A stretch of 20,354 nucleotides of DNA, from contig JANKJI020000002.1 in NCBI GenBank assembly GCA_024626585.2, positions 115,060,842-115,081,195 on the forward strand, read 5' to 3'. Shown piece by piece: positions 9,959-20,354 of this stretch. Position 1 is the stretch's first letter. The number at the start of each line of letters is the position of its first letter. Under the pieces are notes generated by a model. The model was not told the origin of the DNA, ran no database searches, and was given only the letters and a program-made list of their open reading frames with translations. The translations under genes and the position numbers were made by a program. The DNA is from Ginkgo biloba (Eukaryota; Plantae; Ginkgophyta).

Positions 9959-10390
9959 GATATTTCCTATGATGTATGCGGACCTATGCCATGTGATGAG
10001 CTCATTGGAGGACTGAACGACAGTTTTACACTGAGAAGCAAAATGATTACTAAATCTTCAGTGACCAAAAGCCAAGATGATGCTGAAAGTGAAGGCGATG
10101 AGGATGATGACGACGATGAGGGGGAGGACAATGATGAGGAAGAGGAAAATGGAGAAGAGGAAGAATTGTCTTCTGGTGGACATGCTAACAATGATGGTGG
10201 GGAAGGTGCCGGTGAGGAGGAAGATGAAGATGACGAGGACGAAGGAGAAGCTAATGACAATAGTGGAAAAGGCGGCAGTGACGAGGATGATGACGAGGAC
10301 GATGAAGAAGACGAAGAGGATGATGAAGAGGACGAAGAAGATGAGGATGATGAAGAGGATGTTGAACCCCCAAAGAAAAAAAAGAAATGA
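9959..10390 (+). CDS. Terminal coding exon of an uncharacterised Asp/Glu-rich, probably disordered nuclear protein with C-terminal basic NLS (At2g11910-like plant acidic protein)
   Basis: Branch CTAAC at 9924-9928, acceptor GCACAG| at 9958. 143 codons, DISYDVCGPMPCDEL...SQDDAESEGDEDDDD...GGSDEDDDEDD...DVEPPKKKKK*. Mixed GAT/GAC/GAA/GAG codons argue for protein-level selection rather than a pure microsatellite. Family assignment is from recalled similarity (DASD-like start of the acidic tract, GGSDD, PPxKK terminus), not from a search. Confidence 0.85.
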   Translation, partial: DISYDVCGPMPCDELIGGLNDSFTLRSKMITKSSVTKSQDDAESEGDEDDDDDEGEDNDEEEENGEEEELSSGGHANNDGGEGAGEEEDEDDEDEGEANDNSGKGGSDEDDDEDDEEDEEDDEEDEEDEDDEEDVEPPKKKKK

Positions 10391-11969
10391 AATGTATTTT
10401 TCTTGAATGACTGCAATTTCATGTAGGGTGTTAAATGGAGGAGTCTAGCAGGGTGGTATCTGGTAGGAATTAAAGCAAAGAAATCAACTGCAGGCTTTGT
10501 AGACATCCTGTCCATTCTCAGGAGCTTTTTAATTTTTTTTGAAGGTTCAATGTTCAATGAAAGAGTTTTCACAATGCTAATCTCTGTATGTGTGTGTGTT
10601 AAGATAAATCCAATGTGTTACTTGTTTTCAGCACTGGGTGTTTTTTTCCCGCTGGGTGTTAAATTAAGCTTTGTATATTAATGCGCACTCTCACATTTTG
10701 GAAAAGCAATCCAACTTTGTGAATATAAATCTTTTAATTCTAAATGTTGAATAACTTGTTGAGTGGAGTCCATTGAAAGTAAGGNNNNNNNNNNNNNNNN
10801 NNNNNNNNNNNNNNNNNNNNNNNNNNNNNNNNNNNNNNNNNNNNNNNNNNNNNNNNNNNNNNNNNNNNNNNNNNNNNNNNNNNNNNNNNNNNNNNNNNNN
10901 NNNNNNNNNNNNNNNNNNNNNNNNNNNNNNNNNNNNNNNNNNNNNNNNNNNNNNNNNNNNNNNNNNNNNNNNNNNNNNNNNACCTGAGACGGAGACACCA
11001 AATTCTTAAGTCATTATTGGAGAATATTATGGAAGATATCTTCACGAATTCCTTGATGAAATATAATTTTACTCATGTTCATAACTTATTAAGGATAAAG
11101 GAATTTTCTATTTATGTGAAAGCCCTTTTTGGCCCATAATGTTTGGAACTTGTAAACTTTAGTGGTGACACGACCACACTTGCTTTCAAGAAACTTGGGG
11201 TGATGAAAGGCATGGCCATGTTGGATATTGGAATATTTTGTCAAATATTTCAATCCAACGGTTTTTGTACCTCCGTGTAGCTTGATGTTTATCATGGATG
11301 GTTGACTTTTTTCTTTTTTCCCCTTTCTTTTGTTCTTGTTTTTGTTTTTTTCGTAGAAACACTTATGTTTTGTATTCATGGAGCCTTAATAGTGGCATGG
11401 CGTCTGACTTGAAGTTAGGTTCTCTCTTGCACTCATTTGGTAGGGTCTATTAAAGAAACAATTATTTGTAAACCATTTGAGCCCACTTCTTTTCCTAATA
11501 CATGGAAAAGTAAGGTCAAGTCTTCAAGTAATTGTTTGCACCTTTGGAGTCATTTTCAGGGCTATTCCTTCATGGGCTATGTTTTTGTGGGTTTTCAAAA
11601 ATTTAAATTACCAAGTAAAATATTTCTTAAAAACCATGTATTAGATAATGAAGATTGCATTCAAAATTTTAGGTTAAAAATGTTGTTCACTAAATGGTCT
11701 CCTCGATGTATATATATTTTTTCTTTTTAAATAAATGAATGATATAAATTTTAAATTGAATATATGCACTTCAATCTCAAGTTCTCTTGTATTAATTATT
11801 TGTGCATTCACTTTGAAAGTAAGTGCTTATGAACTCCACACTTATCTAGTACACACATCAAGCAAAATTGTTTGGTTTCCTAGCAAGTCTAATGGAAACG
11901 TTGATGATTTTCTTGTGCATATGTAGTATAAGGAAATGAAACTTGTTGATTAGTATAGATGCATGAGTG

Positions 11970-12430
11970 CCTTGAGATATAGGTTGGTTGGCCCCCATAA
12001 GAATGAAGTCGTATGTATACGGTCCATATTCTTTTTTGTGTATAAGGAATGGATCCCACAAATAAATTTCTCTTCAAGCTAAATATTCTAAATGAGGGAA
12101 ATTGCCCCAACTAGATAGAAATTATACCATTGAAGGTGTTGTCTAAGAGTATGAGATGTTTGAGATTTAAAAGTTTGGTGATCAATTATCATATCTCTCC
12201 TCTTAGGCCAACCGGATCTACAAGCTCTAGAATTTTTAGTATTCCAAACTGCCCACAAAGGGTGAGAGAGTGGTTGAAGTTCATCAGACTTGAGCCTCAA
12301 CCCCACCACTTGACCTGTTCTCTTGTTGCACATATCTCCATATGTAGCAATCAACGGAGGTGTCATTCTAGTTTGAGATAATAAAGGAGTTGTGTTGGAT
12401 GATGCCTACTTTGATATCCAATAGTTCCAT
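11970..12430 (+). mobile_element. Possible very old Ty3/gypsy reverse-transcriptase remnant
   Basis: Ordered weak resemblances: GWLAPIRMKSYVYGPYSFLCIRNGS (cf. GxIxPSxSPxxxPxxFVxKKDGS), EWLKFIRL (cf. YEWLVMPFGL), VVLDDAYF (cf. VYLDDIL). Very divergent. Confidence 0.3.
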
Positions 12431-13525
12431 TCTCTCCCCTTCTTTACAATGATTATTTGGCACTCTTTAATTCATTGTTTCCAACTTTGCTCCATTCGTA
12501 GTAGTAGTAAAAGTTGTAATAGTTGTGAGGAATGGTTCACTAGTTCTAAATAAAAATGGGANNNNNNNNNNNNNNNNNNNNNNNNNNNNNNNNNNNNNNN
12601 NNNNNNNNNNNNNNNNNNNNNNNNNNNNNNNNNNNNNNNNNNNNNNNNNNNNNNNNNNNNNACAGATTCCCTTATCTTCCTTACTTTATTCCACTTGAAG
12701 AAAAATAGGCTTTATCCCTCATCCCCACATGAGAAGGAATAGATCTTATTTGTTATCTCCACTAAACAAGGCATAGGTCTTATCCCATCTTCCCTCTTAT
12801 TAAGGCCTAGATTCCATCCATAAGAACATATATATATAGGCTTAATATAAAGCCTAAGGGAGATTAGAATTNNNNNNNNNNNNNNNNNNNNNNNNNNNNN
12901 NNNNNNNNNNNNNNNNNNNNNNNNNNNNNNNNNNNNNNNNNNNNNNNNNNNNNNNNNNNNNNNNNNNNNNNNNNNNNNNNNNNNNNNNNNGACTTAACAC
13001 CTTTTCTTCCCTCTCTTAATTCTTATTCTTTTTATATTTCAAGAAATTAAAGGAAGCCTATATTTGGATTCCCTCTTTTTTTCACATATGGATTTATTAA
13101 CACACATTCTATAACAAAATCTAATATAAATGCATGAATCCTTTTAGCCCTATAAATTATCTTTATTTTTCGTAAATATTGATAATTATAATTATGCCAC
13201 ACAAGTATTTCTCAAGACCTCGTCGGACACTATATAGACATGTAAAAAACATTGCCAAATATGTGCACACACCAAGTAAGACCACATTTAGGGTTGTATA
13301 TGATATTTTTTTCTCAATTGTTTTAACCTTAATCTATAGTACATTTCTGTGTATGGTTACAAGTTTGACCTAGCAGCATCCATAATGGAATAGCTATCAC
13401 CCATTGGTTGTTAAGTGCCGGTACTGCATTTGTCAAAACTGAAGCATGTGATGATACAAATCCCTAAAGCTTCTATGTCAAGAAACTCAAGGACCATCCT
13501 TGGGTTCTCAAGCAACTCTTTGTAC

Positions 13526-13604
13526 CTTCTCAGCAATTAAGAAAACATACAGCAGGAAAAAGGTAGGCATAGCAGTTGATACATATAAGTAGCAAGCACC
13601 AAAC
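13526..13604 (-). other. Candidate isolated exon encoding a hydrophobic segment (FGACYLYVSTAMPTFFLLYVFLIAEK)
   Basis: Minus strand: T-rich tract ending TTTGATACAG|, 79 nt open, then AAG|GTACAA donor (or continuation to VQRVA*). No partner exons identified in the window. Confidence 0.25.
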
Positions 13605-14153
13605 CTGTATCAAAGTCGACAATTCAAATGAAGACAACAATATGACCAGTTCACTCAAAAGCTAGACTGTTTGGACAAACTAAAAAACCACATCGACCTA
13701 ATCCCACTCAGTATTGCANNNNNNNNNNNNNNNNNNNNNNNNNNNNNNNNNNNNNNNNNNNNNNNNNNNNNNNNNNNNNNNNNNNNNNNNNNNNNNNNNN
13801 NNNNNNNNNNNNNNNNNNAATGTTGGTGGAACATAACCACTTAAAATACATAACAATATTGCAAGAGGATAAAATGTTGAATTTAATTATTGGTGGCCTT
13901 AGATAGTAGATTTAATATAAAATTTACAATGTTTTCTCTATCAAATCCATTAGAAGCAATGAAAATGGCATAAAATTTCAATTATAAATTAGAATGGGTT
14001 AATGCAAAGAAAAGATTTGATAAAATATTCTAGAAACTAGAACTTCTAATTTAAATGAAAGACATGACACAAACTATTATTAAGAAAGAATAATAAGTGA
14101 TGCAATTATAACTTGCATAAAAAGAAGAAGAAGAAAACATGATAATGATAACA

Positions 14154-14173
14154 AATAATAATAATAATAATAA
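14154..14173 (+). repeat. (AAT)6 microsatellite
   Basis: AATAATAATAATAATAATAA read directly. Confidence 0.8.
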
Positions 14174-16080
14174 CAATACGTCTACTTCAAGAAAATATAA
14201 AATAAAGAATAAGAGGTGGTACAAGATTGATGAAAAATATAAGGATAAAACACTCAAAGAAGTAGATATGGAATAAATACAAATCCAAATAGTGAGTGTA
14301 GTACAAGATAGATTCTCCTTAAAGATATAGTGATATCAACACCTTTGGTACTAGAAACAATTAGATGAAATACATTGAATATCAAACCTGCATCCAAAAG
14401 GAGGATACTATATCCACTTACTCAAGGAACATACATAATATNNNNNNNNNNNNNNNNNNNNNNNNNNNNNNNNNNNNAAATAAAATGTATGTAATTCCAA
14501 AATCAATCCAAAAATTTTAAATCAAGACTAACGACCAAGCCATTTTTGTTAAGAAAAGTATGAAGATGTTATAATGACAATGGGTAACTACACTTTAATT
14601 CATATTTTTGCATAATTCATACTACATAGTATGAAAATTTAATGTTTGAAACTAAATATAGATTGGATATAGAATGATCTATAAATGGATAATTAAAGTT
14701 TATAATGATAATCATAGTAATGCTTTAGGAGACTACCACAATGGAATTCTAAAGGAGACAATAATATAAAAACGGGCCATTTTTATTAAACCTAAAAAAA
14801 TGATCAAAATTTTTCCAATTTCTTAAAAAGTGGCATGAAAATTAAGTAAAATTTATATATAAGTTCTCCTCAAATGTGTAGGTTTTTCCCTGTCATTTTT
14901 TACTTTTATAAAATTATACTCATATTTTAATTAAATAAATTTGATTACCAAAGTAAGTAAAAATAAATAAAAATCATTTTATTTTTTGTTAAAATAGATA
15001 ATTTCAAAACTAGAATATATAAAATTTGATAATAGTTTATAAGACTTGGATAGCCTATATTTTAATTGGTATGTGAACAACGACTGAACATCGACTGAGT
15101 AACATGAATGTAGGGCGCAGGATTGTGCAAGGTGCATGGTTGAGCAATAGTAAATGTAGGGTGAATGTGGGTGTTTGGGATCCGTAGGGGTGTTGATGCC
15201 CATGTGGGTCATGACAAGACCCAAAGATTGGAGGGGGGAGCCAACAAATAAAGCAAGTATGGGAGGCAATCATACACCAAGGAGAAGCCAAAATAAAAAA
15301 ATTAATGAGGCTCAATTTGAACTAGGCTCATAGGGAGTTGAAAGGGTTTGATCTAGTACAAATGCTCAATGATGGACGTGGGATAGAGAAACCCTTTCTC
15401 AAAAAAATTCAAGAAGGTTTAAGCATTGAGATATCCTTGATAGTGAGAGAAGAGTCCTCATCCATGTTGTGAGTGTTGGTTGTGGAGCTTGATTANNNNN
15501 NNNNNNNNNNNNNNNNNNNNNNNNNNNNNNNNNNNNNNNNNNNNNNNNNNNNNNNNNNNNNNNNNNNNNNNNNNNNNNNNNNNNNNNNNNNNNNNCATGC
15601 AAGAGTGGCTCTAATTATGCAACTACATGCAAACTCCGAATTAACTAAACAAAAGTCTATCCAAAGAATACTAAAAATGAATTTATTCTAAAAAATAATA
15701 ATCTTCTCCAATGGATGGAAAATACTTGCTTTTAGAACACACTCTTTCAACAGCATGTCCCATGCTCACTTATTTTTTTTAAAGGATTGGATATGTCCCA
15801 TCCTCAAAAGAAGCTTAAGAGTTAAACATGTCCTTACTTTTTTTCTTTTCTTTTTTTTCAAATTATAGCTGATTTTTTATTAACATAATGCCGTAAATAT
15901 AATATATCCGGTGTTTGAAGATAAATGAAATCTAAGAATGAGTGTGGGTCTTATATTATTTCAAAATTCGTAAGATTACATAGGAACATTGGAGAATCTT
16001 CCATGAAATGTCCAAACAAATAAACCCAAAATAACTTTCGCTCGGCCAAAAAGCCAAGCAGGAGGAGCCGAAAAGTAGGA

Positions 16081-16190
16081 GACCTCCAAAACATAAAACT
16101 CTGAGCTGAGCCTCCGAACACGTTAGACCTCCAGAACTTCGAAGCTTCGAGCAGCCTCCAAATACAATGGACCTCCAAAACTCTGAGCAG
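16081..16190 (+). repeat. Degenerate ~45-bp tandem repeat, at least 2.5 units, continuing into a masked block
   Basis: GACCTCCA(A/G)AAC at 16081, 16126 and 16170; the first two are followed by an internal GCCTCC sub-repeat. Another GCCTCCGAAC lies near 16290. Confidence 0.7.
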
Positions 16191-16439
16191 NNNNNNNNNN
16201 NNNNNNNNNNNNNNNNNNNNNNNNNNNNNNNNNNNNNNNNNNNNNNNNNTGAACATAATGGAAATCTACGGACTAGTGAAGATCGTCCGGCCTCCGAACA
16301 AGGATACCCCTAAAAAAGGAACTAGCAAAATTTAACTCTAGATGAGGAGAGAAAGTAGATACAGGAGCATCCGAGATTTAACTCTAGTCGAAACTTTGGC
16401 CTTCTCCAGCACGACAAAGAGGATTTCCACATCTTCCTT

Positions 16440-17627
16440 AATACTAGCTCTGCCTTCATCTATGTGGGCCTAGAAAATTGAAATCCCCGTCTGTAGAGGT
16501 TTTCCCCAACCAAGACAGCGTGGTGTAGCAGGGTCCAACAAAAGCATTTAATTTTGGAAATTGTGTCAAAGGACCAAATTAATCTTGTTGCTCTTGTGAA
16601 TTCCATCGATATTTCTGACGCTTGACATCTAAATATGTATTCATACAAAATTTCACATTATAATTGATTAGTTTTTCGTTGTAGATCCAAGATATGACAT
16701 CTTCCCTTGTTCTCATGAATACGGATCTTTGATTGATATTAAGTAAGAATGACTCATAAGCTTGCTAAAAATGAGCAGGGATCTTCAATTCGGCTCCCGA
16801 AATCCATCTTTGTTGATCTATGGAGGAGGTAGAAGGGATTCTACAGTGGTTAACTTTATTTAGCCCCCTTGATTTGAGATGATCGATGATGATTACTAGG
16901 TCTGGTGAATTTTATAGAGGGCCGTTAGCCTGAGAATGATTGATCGTGAATATTTACATATCCCTCTACGATACTCCATGAGAAATTTTCTTTAACTACT
17001 TGCAATCTTGTTGATATATGAGTCTAAATTCTAGAGCCTTTATTATGTGGAATGATACCAGCAAGAAGGTTTTTGGGTGAATGTTCGGCACAGTTCTTGT
17101 TTACAAGAATTTGGGCCCCTAATCTTTCTTTGAATAGTAAGAATTTTCATTCGACTTTCCCTACTGATGCCTTGGTCATTAATTGAGAATTTTTTATTGC
17201 CAATCCACCATTCGATTTGGGAAGGCAGATCGTGTCCCACTTAAGAATATTTAATTATTTCTATCTTCCTTTACCTCTTTTCCAAAGGAAATGATTCATC
17301 AATTTAGTGATCTCATGAATGACACTTTTTGGAGTTGGCGCAACCATGACTGAGGCCCAAAAGATAGGAATGGAAAATAAAACAGATTTGAGAAGGATGT
17401 GAGAAAGAGCCAACCTGTGGTCCAACTATGGATTATGCCTTTCATCTTTTTTAACAAGAAATGTCCAAATTTAATAATATAGCTTTGGATTTATTGCACT
17501 TGATTGTGTGTATGGCCTCTTGCGCTATTATGATATTGTCATAGATTGATCTATCTTTATGAAGCCTCCCCGTTCCTCTGAAACCAAAGTTAGGAGGATT
17601 TGTTTTAGTGTATTGGCCATGATTTTT
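16440..17627 (-). mobile_element. L1-clade LINE ORF2 remnant (RT N-terminal part, post-RT region, zf-RVT)
   Basis: RSIYDNIIIAQEAIHTIKCNKSKAILLNLDIS (RT), ILLKSVLFSIPIFWASVMVAPTPKSVIHEITKLMNHFLW, WDTICLPKSNGGL, and WSFDTISKIKCFCWTLLHHAVLVGENLYRRG (zf-RVT entry), all in canonical order. Confidence 0.9.
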
Positions 17628-18249
17628 NNNNNNNNNNNNNNNNNNNNNNNNNNNNNNNNNNNNNNNNNNNNNNNNNNNNNNNNNNNNNNNNNNNNNNNNN
17701 NNNNNNNNNNNNNNNNNNNNNNNNNNNAACTTTAGGAAAAATGTAAATTTTTTTGAAAAATTATTGCAACCTCCCACGTGCTCGCACACTCGATTCAATC
17801 AAATTGGTCTTTGAAATCTTATTTTGGGATCAGTGAATGATTAAAATTCTCATGATACTCTGATCTTCTCATGGCATCTCCTTCAGCACACAATGGCATC
17901 GACATAAGATGCATAATATCCTCCTAGAAACACGATGATTGGCACGACTGAAATCTTTCTATAGGCTCATGTGATCTTCCTCTATTCATTAGACGATGCT
18001 TTACATCCTCTACACATAGTAATTCATCCAAACAAATGAATTTATGAGTTGTGTGTCTTCAAACTCTATAAACAGGTGATTCTTAGCATTGTCTTCCTCT
18101 CCACGTGATTATTTATGTGTTCTCAAATGTTCTTTGAACGAAACTAACCCACGTCTTCCTACTACACACGCATCTTCCTTTCCATGAGTAACCCTACATG
18201 AGCGTTCTCTTGGGTTATTCGAACTATGCTCTCCGTTAGGCATTTTTTC

Positions 18250-19400
18250 TTGGAATCTCTGATCCCTTTGCATTCTCTTATTCATGTCTCTAGTATACTG
18301 CACCCTGCAGACATAATTTCTTCCTCAAACTTGAATTCAAACTACCACAAACCCAAATTCTTTCATGTCTATGTTCATAGTTTTTCCCTAGGATTTGAAC
18401 TCAATTTTTGCCTTAGGGTTTGAATTCGATTATTTTTCATGGCTCCAAATATGTACAATAGCTTTGGGGGTTTTGAAACCCTTCTCCATTCTTCACAAGG
18501 AATTAATCCTTTAATCTTGAATCCACTCCTATCGTACTCTGAAACCACATGAGAGGATAGAGTGACGAGTATATTTCAAGTTACAATCACGGAAGAACAT
18601 AAAACACAAAATATTTCTCGAGTATAATTGGTCTACCATAAGGTTTTATTTATTTATCTGAATGTTGCAATACAATGGAATTGATCCAATACAATGTGAT
18701 GATGGTTTAATGGGTATAGTATCCATAAATAGATGCCCAAAGAANNNNNNNNNNNNNNNNNNNNNNNNNNNNNNNNNNNNNNNNNNNNNNNNNNNNNNNN
18801 NNNNNNNNNNNNNNNNNNNNNNNNNNNNNNNNNNNNNNNNNNNNNNNNNAATGAATAAACATAAAAGGTACAATGAAATAACATTAATTATTCTAACAAA
18901 TGGTTCAAATAAAGGTCTAAAGACCCTGTAAACCATGGTCCTTTTTCTAATATAGAGTCCCTATCTTCATTGTTGCTAAAAATAACTAGAAAAAACCCTC
19001 TCCCGCAGATGGAGGGGTCATCTTTTTCTTTCACACATGGAGACTAGTTGGAGTCAACCCAAGTTTGAAGGACTGTGGGGTTGGCCAAGTTTTGGTAAAT
19101 TTATAGATCAATCTTTTTTATTTAGGATCATGTTTGGTGATGATGGAACTAACCTTTAAATATGGAATTTGATCCTTCCTCTTGCTAAACAAAGGGTTGG
19201 GGAGATTGAGATTGGAGAAAGTTATAGGAGGAATTGATGAAGAATCACCCATTCCATTTCTAGCCAAAACTTGAGAAACCAAAAGGGGGACTTCGCCTCC
19301 TTGAAGGATCATCCATGGAGACCCTACAATAGCAATGTGAGAGAAAAAAACTGAAAAGGAGAGGCAATCCAAGAGGAACTCATAGACATTCTCGCTCTAA
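18250..19400 (-). mobile_element. LINE ORF1 remnant (DUF4283-type), probably the same element as 16440-17627
   Basis: About 19015-18900 reads ICGRGFFLVIFSNNEDRDSILEKGPWFTGSLDLYL, the plant LINE ORF1 GxGFFxVxFxxxxDRDxILxxGPWF motif. It is upstream of, and co-oriented with, the ORF2 remnant. Boundaries approximate. Confidence 0.78.
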
Positions 19401-20354
19401 TAGAGATTAAAAATTTACAACACTATGGTTTGCATTGAGCGCGTCTGTCGTCTTCTTAAATTATCTAAAAATGTCATAACTTTATGGCTTTTATTAGAAA
19501 TATATTACATATAACTATAACATTTAATGATGTGATACCAACTTAGATTTTGAGTTGGCATTGATGAACTAAATAACCATTATGAATGAAGAGTTTACTT
19601 AGGCGATATGTTGCAAGTCGACAAGTTAGTTAATACCCTTCTTAATACTACAATCTTCTTTATTATTAAAAGATGAGTATGTTACGGGTACTCTAAGGTG
19701 TATAATTACTCAAGGATATGATATAACATCTTATTGTGGTCTAATGTGTAGTATAAAACTCATGGACAATGTAATGTATGTAGACATAGCAATCTCAAAT
19801 CGATAGATGTATGACTCAACAAATATTAGGGATGGTTTACTAGGACTATGGACCAACAAATGAGAATGCATGGAGCATGAATTCTAAGCAATTGATAGAA
19901 CTTGACAATACTAGACTTAATGGTAACGTTTATAAGGACTTTAGAGTTATCAACCCATGCACTAAGAAATGAGACTTGACCATGCATACCTAAACTATGA
20001 AGTAACTGACAACTAGTTAACTAACAATTGGTGTATAAGATTTACACAAAAATATACTATCTATTTTTTCTTAGTGCAATGATATATAAAATATCATGCT
20101 TAATTAAAATGATACCTCACTACAATGCACTAAGCGATAGTTAAGCTTTAGATTCATCTATAGCCTATATTAATGATCATTATTTTGGATAACTTATGGG
20201 TGGATGGAGGTAGAGTTAATAACTAGATGAAGGAATAGATATAATAATAACATGTAATTTGGTTGTAGGACCATTTAGCAAAAAAAAAGGATTTTTTTAC
20301 TCATAAAAGATTGATATTATTCCAGCTCATGCTAATGTGCCATGTTGATATCTT

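Noticed and set aside
9993-10016. Box C (GTGATGA) and box D (CTGA) pair suggesting a snoRNA or kink-turn
   Set aside because: Only 13 nt apart, no terminal stem, and located within coding sequence.
9967-10572. 201-aa minus-strand poly-Ser ORF
   Set aside because: Antisense shadow of GAT/GAA/GAG/GAC codons (TCA/TCT/TCC/TCG); no independent evidence of coding.
16081-16190. CRISPR-like repeat array
   Set aside because: Eukaryotic context, degenerate units without unique spacers, and no cas genes.

Overview
Hard-masked (N-blocks), AT-rich eukaryotic DNA, most likely from a large-genome land plant (taxon not identifiable from sequence). It holds one apparently live spliced gene on the + strand (about 7300-10700), surrounded by decayed retrotransposons: Ty3/gypsy pol fragments at 1-1550 and 2165-2990, and L1-like LINE fragments at 1655-2119 and about 16400-19400. 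The gene ends in an exon encoding a ~97-residue, roughly two-thirds Asp/Glu tract followed by PPKKKKK (NLS-like); from memory it resembles the uncharacterised plant acidic nuclear proteins of the Arabidopsis At2g11910 type. Manual splice modelling gives a leader exon ending at 7642 and exons 7761-7926, 9565-9623, 9770-9803 and 9959-10390+. These join into one 227-codon frame that begins at a strong-context AUG (7768) but is interrupted at codon 8 by TAG in a leaky-like context (TAG-CAG-TTG). The AUG sits at the centre of a perfect 16-nt palindrome, one arm of which is duplicated at the end of the upstream exon. A second AUG (7919) becomes in-frame only if exon 9565-9623 is skipped. This cluster (possible readthrough, start-codon hairpin, splice-dependent start choice) is the most interesting signal. 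All of it is inferred without transcript data or database searches.
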